A stretch of DNA of 64,000 nucleotides, taken from positions 171,182,001 to 171,246,000 of the forward strand of contig OZ024741.1 in the NCBI GenBank assembly GCA_964016885.1. The letters are read 5' to 3'. Both the position numbers and the translations under genes were made by a program. Shown piece by piece: positions 1 to 14,231 of the stretch. This stretch comes from Eledone cirrhosa. Its lineage: Eukaryota. The notes below the pieces were generated by a model. The model made no database searches, was not told the DNA's origin, and was given only the letters and a program-made list of their open reading frames with translations. How positions within the stretch are numbered: the stretch's first letter is position 1; each line of letters opens with the position of its first letter.

Positions 1-86
1 GTATATATACTCCAAATACTTGTTGAGTGCTTTTATATCAGTTATAAATATTTACTCGTTGTAACCCAACAATTTAAATAAAACTT

Positions 87-117
<31 letters not shown>

Positions 118-121
<4 letters not shown>

Positions 122-312
122 TGGGACGGTCATGCTAATAATAAAAACACGCACCTGTTGGTTTTCACTTTACTATAAATTTCCGGTTCGTTGGTTCGGT
201 AACCGGATGGTTGTTTTTATATTTTCAAACCTCTTTCATCACAGATTCTGTCACCTCCTCAGTGACTGGGTTTTTATTTTGCATGTCGTGTGCTATGTGC
301 TTGGTTTGTGCT

Positions 313-315
<3 letters not shown>
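118..315 (-). mobile_element. 3' fragment of a Penelope-like family related to 35241-36962, with degenerate hammerhead (~224-267)
   Basis: Matches 35250-35465 and 26500-26680 (GGTCATG..., ATAAATTTCCGGTT, CTTTCATCACAGATTCTGTCACCTCCTCAGTGACTGGG); lies between (TA)n tracts. Confidence 0.7.
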
Positions 316-367
<52 letters not shown>

Positions 368-645
368 ATTTGTGTGTGAGGACATGATAATATCCGTTTA
401 TGTAGGCTAATCCACGTTACAGTGAAATGAATATGCGAAACAAAAGAAATACAAGAGGCAACTTACCATTTAATTGTGTTCAACGTGATTGGTGGAGTTG
501 CGTAACAAGTATCTTGAGGATACAAGATGTATCATCGAGTATGATACATATTTTCGAAGGAGATTTCACAGAGTAATATAAAGTGAATGGGGTATATTGA
601 AGAAACTAGGCAAAATCCGAGAAATATTTATTTCATAATATATGT

Positions 646-761
646 CTCTTATACCCGTTTCAATACTGTTACGTAATTAATTGCCTACGAGAGCTTAAAG
701 AATACTTTATATAAATTCATTTTCTCGCACTGCTTATTTGCAATGGCATTTCTTCAAAGAG
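646..761 (-). ncRNA. Degenerate hammerhead with long stem II
   Basis: Minus strand: CTCT-TTGAAGA-AATGCCATTGC...GTAACAGTATT-GAAA-CGGGTA-TA-AGAG; stem I and base of stem II pair; core and loop 3 imperfect. Confidence 0.4.
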
Positions 762-2934
762 GTCAAAGCTAGAAATGAAGCTCAGTGGACAGGTCACCTA
801 TTCATCGTAATAACTGTTTCTACTTTTGGCACAAGGCCAGCAAATTACCCAGTACATTACTGGTAAATAACGGCATGCAGTCAGGTATCTCGTCAGAGAC
901 ATTATTGGCACATTAATGAGATATTTTTAAGTAGATATTTTAGTCAATTAAATATAAACTATATTTCATAAAAGGAAGTTTTACAATGAAGGAAATATGA
1001 AAAAGAAAAAAGAAAAACAAAATTAAGTAATAAACAGTGCGGGGTGGGTATAAAAGGGCAGATCTCGCTGTATAGGAAAGTAGAGGAAAGGGAGGGGAAA
1101 AGCAAGGCCACGGAAAAAAGAGAGGTAGAAGAGGAGAGGGTGATAGGACTTATGTCTAGCGTGGGATGATGTTCGTCTGCGACCCGCGGACAACATTATA
1201 AATACATGTTCGCAGACAATGGCCAGCAATACTCCAGCCACCCCCGCCTCAGATGGGCTGCTGACGTTCCGATGTTACGGAGGAGCTCGGTAGTACGGGA
1301 TTCGAGGACGCCTGATGTCTCATTGGCAGCTGGTGCGAAGAAGAAACAACCGGACAAGACCCGATATTTTCTTATCTTGCTGCCCTAAGCCTTGCGAGCC
1401 GCAGTACCGGGGTTTGTGGCCGAACCGACTAAGTTAGAGCCGGAGAACGTGTCATAACATGTGATATTCTAGGTGAGAGATTTACATTCTTCGAATGGGA
1501 AAAGGGTAATTCCGTCGGGTCGCTCGCCATTTCCACGGTTGTACCTATAATAGAAATTATTATTATTATCATTATTATCCTCAATATTATTCTTTCCATG
1601 AAAGATTACGTTTGAAGGAAAGGATCTGAAGGGGCATCTTCTGGACGTTATTCTTTCTTCGAAAAAAGTGTGAGAGATAGAAAAACAAATAGGTTAAACT
1701 CAGGTAAAAGAAGAATAAAACTAAAACAATATGTACAGGAGAAAAGCACCCATGGAGGGAGAAAGAATGAAAGAGAAATAGTTCATAGCCATGCATAGTT
1801 AGTATATTAGCTCATCAAGTTTCCACACGGCTTGATTTTTACATTTTATTTTGTATTTTCTCAAGTACTTTTAGGTCTTCTGTGATATTCTTCTAGATTC
1901 TGTTGACATCGCCACTTTAGGTTGGTAATTATCACTAATATTGCGACGATATATACGAGGTTTTAGCATAGCTAAATCTAAATAATCTATTTAAAGTTTT
2001 CGTATTTTGTAATTAGGGATGATATTTTTACGTCGTACATAAGTGATAACCCATAAAATAATCTCAGTTAATAAGAATTACAGAATACAGCAACTTCAAC
2101 AATTGAATTAAAATAAAGTAGATTAAATCAAACTAAATCGAATCGAATAAATATTAGTGCCGATACACAAATGATTTGAGCGTTTCAATAACAATTATTT
2201 TAAAAATTAATTCCTATAGTTTCACCTGACTCCTGAACACACACACACACACACGCGCACACACACACACACGCGCACACACACATATATATATATATAT
2301 ATAAACTCGTGTGTTACTTTCTACATTCAATACAGAAGCGAAAATCAACCAAACAATGAGGGTGTTCTGTTATTATTTCTGGCAATATTATTACAACAAT
2401 ATTTACCTCTCAAAGTATAACATTATTTGTTTCAACACACGATTTCATTAAAAAAACCTTGCAAACAATATATATATATATATCTATCTATATATATATA
2501 GGAACAAGTAGGACCCGACGGTTGAGCTCAAGCCATTTCGACGGCTAATTCTGGACAAAATGAACATTTTTATCCTGGTAAATGAATAGCCAAACTTCTC
2601 AGGGGGTAATTCCATATATGGTAAATGTGATTGTCACAAGGATTGGTCAAAATTTTGCTGTTGAGACACATGATTCTATCATGGCATTTTGTGAAAGGTA
2701 GAGGTAGCTGAACTTGCCAGTAAAAGAAAGAGGGGGAGGGAGTGGAGGAAACCCAGTCAAACGTTGAAAGTGACAACTACAGCAGATTCTAAGGATAGAA
2801 GGTCGAAAAAAGTATACTAGAGAAGGGGAGGTGGGAGGAAGTTGAAACAATAAGTAAATCTATATGGAGTAAATATATAGAAAAAATAAAAAATATAAAA
2901 AATATTTTAAAAAATGAGCAGATATTCGAGCAGA

Positions 2935-4190
2935 TATATGAGCAGATATTCGAGGAACATGCGCCTTATTACAACCAGGCCCTCAAGCGGAGTGGCTTCC
3001 GGGAGGAAATATCCTATTGTCCAGCTTCCATTAGCGGAACCAGCAGGCGACACCGCCGCTCACGCAACGTAACGTGGTTCAATCCTCCCCCACAATGCCG
3101 AGGTCACAACACCTATCAGGAAAATCTTCTTTAGGCTCATCGAAAAACACTTCCCACTACAACACCGCTACCACAACATAATCAACAAAAATACCATCAA
3201 ACTCTCCTACAGCACCACACCTAACTTTGCACAAAACATCGTCTCCTCTAACAACAAAAAAATCAACCCCTATGGAAGAAATAACCTAGATAGCAGTGGA
3301 GAGCTGACCAGGAGGTGTAACTGTCCTGATAGATCCCTTTGCCCCCTCGACAACAGATGCAGAGATCGTAATGTGATCTACCAGTGCAATGTGAGGACGG
3401 ATACCTCCAACAAAGCTTATATAGGATTAACCGCTTGGGACTTCAAGACGCGGCTATACCAACACAGACATACTTTTCGAAACCCGGCCTGGCGTCACGC
3501 CACTACACTTTCGGGCCACATCTGGGACCGCAAAGATTACTATATAACCTATAATCTCACTTGGTGCTTACTGTCCAGAGCCAACTCTTAGACGGGAGGA
3601 CGCCGTCCGTGTAACTTATGCTCGGAGGAAACATTACAAATGCTGTTTTCGACTGACCAACTCATAAACAAGAAAGACGAACTGGTAACTGCATGCAAAC
3701 ACAAATTGCGTAGGACTTACCTCTCCCTCAAACCCCATAATGACCCGGGGGGTGGGGGTAGACAAGGGCTGTAACACCCCACTTGCCGACTTTGTAAGGG
3801 GTAACCCCTGCTTACAAATGTAGACGTAATTTTTTATATATTTTGTTTATATTTTTTATCGTTTCCTCTATATTTCCTTCTTCTCCCCATCCTTCCTAGT
3901 CCTTCCACCCCAGATCTTCTTCTTTGTCGTCATTCTTTTCACCTTCTCGCCCCCATTCGGTCCTCTGTAGCCTCAGTATCCCCACCCCCCTTATTTTATG
4001 ATAGAATTGGTCCATTCCGCTTTTTATAGCAGATGTGCTAGACCCCAGATATTTGCTTTCTTCTCTGATTGCTGCCCCATTTCCGTGATTTCTAGATTTC
4101 TTAGTGGTATTTCTGCTTTAGTTTCTCGTATATATAAAACGCGTATCAAAACAATATGTCACAGTCATTCTATCTATCTATATCTCTCTC
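2935..4190 (+). mobile_element. 5'-truncated, decayed Penelope-like element (RT thumb + GIY-YIG endonuclease + 3' UTR)
   Basis: IFEEHAPYYNQALKRSGF, RNVTWFNPP, CNCPDRSLCPLDNRC..NVIYQC..AYIGLT..FKTRLYQHRHTF, CNLC, CKH; frameshift near 3090, stop near 3590; ends at (TA)n. Confidence 0.85.
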
Positions 4191-4240
<50 letters not shown>

Positions 4241-4676
4241 TATGTACACGTACATACATATATGTATACAGAGGTACAGTAGTATGTATATATATATACA
4301 TACATGCACATACATATATATGTACGTATGGATTCACCGAACATTTATTTTAATGCTCGGTGTGTGTGTAAACAAACATCCCGTATTAAGCCGTAGTGTC
4401 CAGCAACCATCGTTGCTCGTTTGTTTAACCCTGACAAAGGAACGCTGTACTAGTTTCAAGCTTATTAGCTATCGTCAGCAACGTATACCTTCCTGCCAGA
4501 TTGTTGAACGTCTGAAAGTATTTACTTTCCTTATGCATATTAACGGATGAGTAGCCCAATTTGCATATCGAGTGGGTTAATCGGCCGGGTGCACCGAAAA
4601 CGATAAACGGAAAAAGTGAAACGCAATTTCATTTTCCACTCTTAGTACGGCTGTTACTTAAATATAAGTATGTACA
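4241..4676 (-). mobile_element. Non-coding hammerhead repeat family A (retrozyme-like), one ~428-nt unit
   Basis: Homologous to 37741-38320, 54745-55467 and 57675-58478; starts and ends with TATGTACA; adjacent to (TA)n. Confidence 0.8.
4443..4483 (-). ncRNA. Minimal type I hammerhead ribozyme (family A)
   Basis: CGTTG-CTGACGA-T-AGCT-AATA-AGCT-T-GAAA-CTAG-TA-CAGCG; palindromic loop 3, GUA cleavage triplet. Confidence 0.85.
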
Positions 4677-4689
4677 TGTTCTTCTGTAT

Positions 4690-7600
4690 AGAAGAAGGGA
4701 TATACAGCATGGTGGACACACCCATACCATCCAACTTAAAGGTAACACATTTACTGTTGATAATCGTAGGATTGTTCCATACGTCCCTTTCCTCTCATTG
4801 AGATCTCAGTGTCACATCAATTGTGAGGTTGTCCACAGTGCCAAGGCTGTTAAGTACTTATATAAGTACATCACAAAAGGATCAGACAAGATCACTTTCA
4901 CTATTAAGGATGATCAATGAAATTGTGTCCATGCCCAAAATGAGATTGAGACCTATATCAATGCACGGTACATCTCACCCAGTGAAGCATTCTGGAGAAT
5001 CTATAAATTTCCATTACATCATCGAAAACCGCTAGCTGAAAAGTTGCTTTGCCATTTACCTGGGGAACAAATGGTCGTGTATGAGCGAGGGCAGGAAGAA
5101 AGTATTGTTTCTAGGGGACAGCCAATGACTAAGTTGACGGAATATTTTCAACTGAATATTAGAGACCCACTGGCACAAAACATATTGTATATTGATATTC
5201 CTAAATATTTCACCTGAACAAACAAAAAGTGGTAAAGAAGGAAAAAGCGACATCTGGATGGTGATCAACAATTGGACGCATTCCAACAGTATCTCTCAGT
5301 AGACATCAATCTGAATTATATTACTTCAGAATGATCCTACATCACAAGAATGGGTCAACTTCATACAAAGATTTGGGGACAATTGAAGGAGTTGAATTTC
5401 CAGCATTCCAAGAAGAATGCATGAAACTTGGTCTGTTCGGTGAAGATGGAGAAAAAGACAAAGCTATAGAAGATGCTGATCCATTACGCTTGGTCCTCAG
5501 CTGCGAGAGATCTTCTTCACCATTTTGTTGTACTGCATGCCAAATGACCCTCTACAGTTCTGCAGAAATGGAAGAATTGTCTTGCAGAGGATATCATGCA
5601 TGAGCATGCAGTGGATATCATCATGTCCATGCAAACCGTGCAGATTGTCCTACAGAAGATCCAACAAAGACTTCAACATGATGGCTTGGATATTCATGCC
5701 AACTATGGTCTTCCTCGGCCAGACCCAACTATTGTTGCCGTACCAGAAATCAACAGGGTTCTTATGGCAGAAGCTGATTTCAATACACACCAACTGCAAG
5801 CAAACATAAATGAACTTCTGCCAACATTGAATCCTGAGCAACTGGTTATTTTTCACAAAGTAATCACCTCTGTAAATGGAAATGAAGGCAGAATTCTCTG
5901 CTTGAATGCAAGTGCAGGTACAGGAAAGACCTATGTCATAAACATCCTATTGGATTACCTCCGATCTAAAACAAGAATTACACTTGCCACTGCCATATCT
6001 GGAATAGCAGCCACTTTGCTTCACAAAGGTAGAACTCTTCATTCCAAGTGCAAGATTCCTCTCAATATGACTGCTGAATCAACTTGCTTCTTCACAAAGA
6101 GGGATGACACAGGTAAACTTATGCAGCAAGCTGATCTGCTAATCATTGATGAGATAGGTATGGGACATAAGCACATCTTTGAATGCCTTGACAGGAGCTT
6201 CAAAGATGTTCGAGATTGCAAAAAGCCATTTGGTGGTCTAACAGTATTACTATCTGTTGACTGGAAGCAGATTCTTCCAGTTGTACGTCATGGGGTTAGA
6301 CCACAAATAGTTGAGGCAACCATCAAGAGATCCTATCTGTGGGACTATGTGGAAACGATGGAGATGACAACAAATCACCGGTTAATTAATGCAGAGGATT
6401 CTTATGAAAGACAGTTTACAAACTACCTTCTTGATGTGGGAAATGGTAACATTCCAACTGTTCCAACTGTAGGTACATTCACAATTCTTCTGCCAAATTA
6501 ACTTTGTCTGGAATATGGTAATGTGTCTGGACTGTGGGATTTTGTGTATATAAATCTTCCAAGAAACTACGCAAACCCACTATGGCTTGCAAATAGAGCC
6601 ATTATCATTCCAACAAATGATGCAGCAAGATGGTGAAAGAGTTCATGGTCAACAAGTTCCCAGGTCATGAAATAATCTACAGGAGCTCTGATACAGTAGC
6701 TAATGAACTGCAATATCCAATTGAGTTCATCAACAAACTTACCCCATCAGGCTTCCCAACACACATACTTATACTGAAGAAAGGCAAATGCATCATGCTT
6801 CTGAGAAATGTGGATCCTCTAAACGGGCATTGCAATGGTACACGCTACATTATCATCAGTTTACATAATCATGTAATTGAAGCTGAAGTGGCATTGGGTC
6901 AGAATGCTGAAACAAGGTTGCTAATCACAAGGATACCACATGTATCTCAAGAGCTTGAGTTCCCTTTCACCTTTACTCGCAAGCAATTTCCTGTAAAACC
7001 AGCCTTTGCCCTTACATGCAACAATGCACAAGGCAGACATTTGAAAAGATAGGTGTATATCTATCAACACAATTCTTCTCACATGGTCAGATGTATGTTG
7101 CATTATCACGAGTTACCCTTGTGGTTAATAAAGAAAGCATTATCACGAGTTACAAAAAAAGAAAATATAAAAATATTAAATGAAAGGGGTCTGTTTGCTG
7201 ACAACTGTGTCTACAAAGAAATTCTACAGTGATGTGTAACAGCTATCACTCTCTTTTAATTGAAATGCATTTCAGTTTCTTTTTAATTGCTAGAAAATGA
7301 ACACTACAAACACTTAAGAAGTCTATATGTGAATACAGTAAAACAACAATATGGCGAAGGTCATCTCTTCATATTGGTAAATGTAATTCATTCATTCATA
7401 CCAGCAGCATCTATTTTCAAATTCACTGCTTGAAGCTTCCCATCGACATTCTCAAGTGAAGATTCATGAACATTTTCCGTCAACGGTTTCATCGCCTTTC
7501 CATCTCCATTATCGCCTTTTTTTAAAATGTATCATGGATTCCTTTACTGATTACAGAAGTAAGTGTAACACAGTCTTTGTTCAGTTTATGTGAATATTGT

Positions 7601-7699
7601 CAATTTATGTATCCTATCTATGTGCATACATATTTGCGTATATCAATATGCACACTATAAATGCTTGCAGAAAACCGCCCGATGCGGTTCTTCTACTAG
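4690..7699 (+). mobile_element. Decayed autonomous Helitron (3' part of Rep/Helicase) with intact 3' terminus
   Basis: VDNRRIVPY..CHINCE..AVKYLYKYITKGSD; 3' hairpin AACCGC-CCGAT-GCGGTT (7673-7689) followed by CTAG|T at 7696-7700. Confidence 0.9.
5596..7232 (+). pseudogene. Helitron Pif1-family (SF1B) helicase, disrupted
   Basis: Walker A ASAGTGKT, LIIDEIGM, FGGLTVLL..DWKQILPVV, MLLRN..CNGTR, RKQFPVKPAFA, FSHGQMYVALSRV, NCVYKEIL; stops and frameshifts near 6501, 6630 and 7052. Confidence 0.9.
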
Positions 7700-8584
7700 T
7701 ATTTATAATCGGCGTTGAAAATGCACTTGAATTCTATGAGAAGTTTTATTTACATCTTTTGAAAAATAAGTATTCAAATCAGTATTTGGCAATCTTCCTC
7801 CCCTTTGCATTACGTGCTGTAGTTCTCGACATAGTTGGAAGCGAAAAAAATGTTGCAGCAAGTGGCGTCCTTGATTAGTGATGTATCACTCGTGAATAAA
7901 AGCAGTGTTATATCGCCTGGGTCCTCATCATTATTTCAGTCGAGGTTGGCAAGTTCTAGTAATGATCGGAAGTTGGTCGCGTCATTGCTCCTTCCGATGA
8001 CGTCATTCAAGGCAACGTGATGAGAGGACAGGCTTACAATGTGGCAAGCTGTAGTAGTGACGTCATTCAAGGAGGCTTGGTGAGAGAACTGACCTACACT
8101 GCGGCGGAAGCGAGTGAGTGTAGTCCGATCTCTTCGACCATAAGTTCACAACGGAATTTGTGTGGGTCACACATGCGGGCGCACTCATCTTCAAGAAGGG
8201 TGCTGATTGATGAAAAGGGCACCAAATTGAGTTACGCCCTACTATTTGGCAGCAAAGCAGAACGGAGATTGGTAAGATGGTGTTAGTCGCGAAAAGTCTT
8301 GATCCGTATGAAGATTGACATGCCTAGACGTCGTCTCAGTTGCGTTGGTAACCTGCTTACTAGAGAATGGTGTAGACATCGTCATCTAAATGGCCTGAGC
8401 TGATTCGAATTCCCATTTCTGGTTCTGACCTCCTGCATAGGACGCTGCTGATGAGCATCAGCTGGAGATGATGGAAGATAAGTAGGCCGGTATTTACACT
8501 TATACTAATCTTCTATCTCATTGTTATGTGAGGCACGAATTAACCATGTATTTTCCTTGCGGAATGTATATTTTCATTTTAAAA

Positions 8585-9448
8585 TAATTGTTTCTACTTT
8601 TGGCACTACACCAGCAATTATCCAGTACATTACTGGTACTTTATTCTATCGACCCCGTAAATAAATCACAATACTTAAAAACTTAAAGTTTTCCTTGAAA
8701 ATATTGCTGTTTCTACTTCGAATGAAATTTAAAGAAGCAGGAATACGCAGCAAATTTAAGGGAACGAATGCTAGACGGAAAACCAATTTCTGTTCTCCCT
8801 CGATTTATAGTTTCATTTACTTCCGGTTCACTCTAAGAATAATTTTTAAAAAATGAAGTAATTCAACGTAAAACTCCAGGCAACCTTTCGTTATTTTAAT
8901 TTTAATTCGTTTTATTTTAAAATATTGATTTCTGATTTAGGAACAAGGCCAACAATTTTGGTGGAGGGGAGAGTCGATTAAATCAGCCCAGTGCATTCCT
9001 GGTTCTTTATTTTATTGATCCGATAAGGATGAAAGGCAAAGCTAAGCTCGGTGGGATTTGAACTCAGAGCGTAAAAGGCCATAACTCTGTGCAGAAAAAC
9101 ATACTGTCCGGTGCTCTACCGACACTGTCAACCCACCACCCTTTTTTTTTTTAAATAATTGTTTCTACGTTAGGCACAAGGCCAGCAATTACCCAGTGCA
9201 TTACTGGTGCTTTATTTTATCGATAATAATAATGGTTTTTTATATAGGCACAAGACCAACAATTTTGGGGGAGGGGAAAGTCGATTAAACCGATCCCTGT
9301 GCATTACTGGTACTTTATTTTATCGACCCCGTAAGGATGAAAGGCAAAGTCAACCTCGGCGGGATTTGAACTCAGATCATAAAGGGACGTAACTATGCTG
9401 GGAAGCGTGGCGTCCGACTCTCTACCGATACTGCCAATCCACCGCCCT
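8585..9448 (-). mobile_element. Cluster of tRNA-derived SINE copies (~220 nt; near-full copies 8924-9141 and ~9225-9448, plus 3' fragments)
   Basis: Reverse complement of A box TGGCAGTATCGG, B box GAGTTCAAATCCC, core GCCTTTCATCCTTACGGGGTCGATAAAATAAAGTACCAG and tail GGCCTTGTGCC..AGAAAC(ATT)n; other fragments at 810-866 and 11915-12010. Confidence 0.85.
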
Positions 9449-10150
9449 TTTTTAAAATTGATATTATTTTTAAAATAATATTGATATTATTTTTTAAAAT
9501 AATATCAATAAATCATGATACTTATTTACATTTAAAAACCTTAATTTTTCCTTGAAAATATTCCACTGTTTCTACTTCGATACTTTTGTAAAGAAAACTT
9601 TTGTTACCAATTAATGGAAAGTGTTCGTTATAAATATTTCCTTGCAAAATGTTTTCGTTAACAAGAGTCACCTATGTTTAAGTATACCTGTATATGTACA
9701 TATATTATGACAATACAAAAATATCTGGACACAGCATTTTGAATGATAAATGTAGTTGTGTATATGTTATGTGTGTAAATTGGTCTAATTGGTTTACATA
9801 AATCTTTAGAAAGGGTGGATATGTAAGCAGTAACTATGTGAAAATTTACAAAAGATATTCACTCGTTAATCATATCCCAACATTGGCTTGAATGTAGTAC
9901 AACTGATTCCACATTTTCTATCCACAAATATTAAATATACATGGATAAGATGTTTATATGTATCCATAAATACAGATTTGGCTGAATATTTATTGATGTG
10001 TACTAAAATATTCTGTAATGCTTTACTGCACAAGCATTAAATATGTTAATGTTAACTTAAATATTATCTTTTCAAGCAGATGGCGTCTCAAAATAATTTC
10101 CTGATTAATTCAATCTTTTATATATACCATGCATTATCAATAAAGTTGGT

Positions 10151-10607
10151 AGGGCGATCGATTGGAAGTATTGGTAGAGGGTCGGACGCCATGCTTTGAA
10201 GCATAGAGTTACGGCCCTTTATTATCTAAGTTCAAATCCCGCCGAGGTTAACTTTGCTTTTCATCCTTACGAGGTCAATAAAATAAGGTACCAGTCATGT
10301 ACTGGGGTCGCTTTAATTGACTGTCCACTCTCCCGAAAATACTGGCCTTGTGCCTATATAAGAAACCATTATTAGGAGGGGGTAGGGCGGTGTATTGGCA
10401 GTATCGGTAGATGATCGGACGCCATGCTTTGCAGCATAGAGTTACGGCCCTTTATGATCTGAGTTCAAATTCCGTCGAGGTTAACTTTGCCTTTCACCCT
10501 TACGGGGTCGATAAAATAAAGTACCTGTCACACACTGGGGTCGATTTAATCGACTTCACCCTCCCCCAAACATTGTTGGCCTTGTGCCTATATAAGAAAC
10601 CATTATA
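10151..10607 (+). mobile_element. Head-to-tail dimer of the tRNA-derived SINE within one target-site duplication
   Basis: Two full copies with A/B boxes; AATAAAGTTGGT at 10139-10150 and 10608-10619. Confidence 0.85.
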
Positions 10608-12005
10608 AATAAAGTTGGTCTCCATTTCATAAATTTATATGTTTTTGTTTCTTCCGTATTTTTCTCCAAAATAATTTCTTCGGGTCTATGTTATCAGTAA
10701 TTGTTGTATAATATGTCACATTCAGAGAATATCCTATGATGTAGTAGATATCTTACACAGATGATACCTAGTGTGCATCCTGTTCTATGTCTCAACACAC
10801 ATAATATCTTATGTGTTGTGACATATGTCATACGTACAATATATGCTCTGTGTATATGTGTGTGTGTGAGCGGCATGTGTCACGCATGCACATACAAGCA
10901 CACAACTGTGCGCATTCAATTGCACACGAAGAGAATTCTATTATATGGTGGCATTTTACATAACACACACACAGACGCACGCAATCATAATGACTTTCTT
11001 GTCGCTGAATATGACGCATACATTTCTATACACATATACACACAAATACCGGGTCTCTTGGTGTATATAACAAATTATACACACACCCACTAAACACGAA
11101 CCACACACACACACACACACACAGAATACCATGTGTCTTGGTGCGTATAAAATAGACACCCCTGGGTACACATACACAGTATAACAGACACACATAGAGG
11201 AAAAACCGTGTTTGTTGATCCATAAGAGGCAAACATATAATTACAGTGAGAAATTGTTTCTTGGTGAATGACATTCATGCACACTGAGGGAATACTGAAT
11301 TTGCTGTGGTATATCACACACTCACACACACTCACACACGCATACACATATGTATATATATAAGTATTGAAGTTTCCGTTGAAAATTGAAAAAGTCATAG
11401 GAGGGAAGAGTGCTCTATGTAAGTACCAGAGCTAAATTTAATGTATAATAAACAATACAATATAATTACCTCATTACCAGAGGTTTCCCGAATAAGACGA
11501 ATACAAAAAAACGTCCTCATTCGTTCATCGGACAAGGCAATTTAAAACATAGTGAAATATTTGAAAACCTCCTCAAGAAAGGCAAAAGTTTAACGGGCAA
11601 AAAAAATATATAAATAAAAATAATGCAAGAGATATATGAAAAAAATAAGGAAATATAGTTAGGGTATGTGTATAAATCTGTGTATATACGCTCAGAAATG
11701 TACATATGTGTGTATGTACAAATGCATGTGTATAGTGAAAATGTGTGCGTAAGTACGTATATGAGGGCAAGCATATCAGTGTATGTGTGACCACAAATAC
11801 GTATATAATATAAGTTGAAAAAGAAATTGTAAGATAATATAGTTAACATACATCCAGATTCAGGTATTAAGGAATGAAATATATACACATATATTATACA
11901 CATACATTATATATGTTAACTTTGCCTTTCATCCTTACGGGGTCGATAAAATAAAGTACCAATAATGCACTGGGTAATTGCTGGCCTTGTGCCAATTGTA
12001 GAAAC

Positions 12006-12079
<74 letters not shown>

Positions 12080-13168
12080 ATATACACACACATATGTATA
12101 TGTATATATATATACACACACATACATATATGTATATATATATATACACATACGCCAACACACACTCACATACGCACACACACACACACACAAACGTACA
12201 CACGCACACACAACGCACACACACACGCACACTCACATACGCACACACATATGGTCCCACCCCGCACCCCCACGAACACACACATACTCACGCACTCAAA
12301 CACATGCACATGCACACTAGCATATTTGTTGCAACACAAAACACATATATTGTTTGTAAATATATATTAATATTTCTTTAATTATTACATTTATGAGACT
12401 TTTTCACTTTTTCCTCTCTATTAATTTTTCCCATCCTATCTCATATTTTTCCTACAGAATTCTATTAACATTTCATCTTTCTAAAAAATCTGACAAACTA
12501 AAGAAAAATCACCAAACTAAAGAAAAACATACAAACAATAATAAATTATGTTTTCATATTTGAATTTATTTATTTACTATTATCTATTTTTTTGCTCATG
12601 TTTAACTCCGAGTACGGTCTTTGTTTGCCTTTCTGAAAATAATATCTTATTTTGCATGAATTCTTTCAACAAAATTCGTTCAACATTTTTATACATTTTT
12701 TTTATCACTTTACGCTTTAGGCCTTAAAGCTTTTTTTTTTTTTTATTACTCTTTATTCTTAGTTCTGTCTGTTTAGATAATGCATTTTATTTTTAATTTT
12801 ATACATTTATCTTCATCATTATTAATTTTATAAAAATGTTCTATGTTCTATACAACTGCTATTTTTAAAATAATTATTTTATTGTATTATCATGTCTTCC
12901 TATTTTTTTAGTTTTCATTTTTCACACATTATGTCCAACCGTTGCTAGCAGGTAGAGGGGATCTCTCTCTTTCTATCTCTCTCTCTCTGTCTCTCTCTCC
13001 CACTCTCTCTCTCTCCCTCTATCTCTCTCACCCACTCTCTCCCTATATATATATATATATATCTTTCTGTATATATATATATATATATTTACATATATAT
13101 ACATAATATATATATATATATGTATATATATAATATATATATATATATGTGTGTATATATGTGTGTGT

Positions 13169-13200
<32 letters not shown>

Positions 13201-13223
13201 ACACGCATATATATATATATATA

Positions 13224-13502
13224 TATACTATAAAGTATGTCCATAGAATCATTTGATAATATATATACACCATTTCCTCTCCCAATTAGCATAATCAACT
13301 ACATAAAAAAACAATTAAACCAGGCTATAAGATTAAAAGGCACCTATGAAGAAATAGTAGATAAATAAACGACAGCAATTTATTCGCGATCAACCGCTAT
13401 AGAATATTTACCCAACATTTCAATAGCATGTGGAAATCGATTAAATATACCGTCAACCATACACAATTAGGTATAAAATTAAAGTTAGAAGAAAAAATGC
13501 AT
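13224..13502 (-). repeat. TA-flanked copy of the repeat family at 52559-53583
   Basis: Reverse complement of ~53315-53583 (ATGCATTTTTTCTTCTAAC...GGACATACTTTATAGTATA). Confidence 0.8.
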
Positions 13503-13506
13503 ATAT

Positions 13507-13554
<48 letters not shown>

Positions 13555-13875
13555 CAATATATTTAGAAACACACAGATACATGCGGACACACACATATAT
13601 ACATGAATGCATCCGCACCCAACTGTGAGTTAAGGGTGCCAACTTCACCGATGTTGCTCAATGAATGACCGGGACAGACCAATTCAGTTGAACCAGACTG
13701 AACCAGTATCAGAGTTAAAAATACATTGTCGGCAGACCTCGCAGGGACTCTATATCTTTATGATATATTGTTTTTGTTTATGCCACGAAACTACGTAGTC
13801 GAGGAATTTAGGAGCAGTTTAGGTATGATACATTTTATTACTAATTATATCTAAATGTTTCTTCTCTCTTCATAA

Positions 13876-13961
<86 letters not shown>

Positions 13962-14231
13962 CATATACATATATATATATATGCATATATATATATAGAT
14001 AATTTAATATATCAACTAACATAGGCGCACAGATGCACGTCCATATATATATAATAAATTTGAAGACTAAAAACCAAAGAGTGCTCGATAAGGATAAATA
14101 TATATCAAATATATAAGAACCGTAGACCAAATATTTATTAAAATAACAGATTAAAGTTTAAGCAAAGAATCGCTACTTTCACCCTTAACGGGATCTTCTG
14201 AAACTCATATATATATATATATATATATTCA

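Noticed and set aside
3310-3710. Selenocysteine (in-frame TGA at conserved Cys), as reported for some Naiad PLEs
   Set aside because: Conserved positions checked here, at 30980-31030 and at 44209-44700 are Cys codons or missense changes, not TGA
8448-8470. Isolated CTGATGA hits (also ~26148 minus, ~61015 minus, and CTGATGG at ~63670)
   Set aside because: No correctly placed GAAA, NUH and stem I set; chance or too decayed
7720-8560. Short GC-richer ORFs as a possible gene or LTR gag relic
   Set aside because: No recognisable motif on either strand
11916-12381. Many [16 protein letters not shown] ORFs here and throughout the window
   Set aside because: Translations of dinucleotide microsatellites
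14145-14206. Hammerhead-like CAGAAGA-TCCC..GGGT-GAAA on the minus strand (family also at 28378 and 60595)
   Set aside because: Core has A in place of U4 and no convincing stem I; kept only as a dispersed repeat
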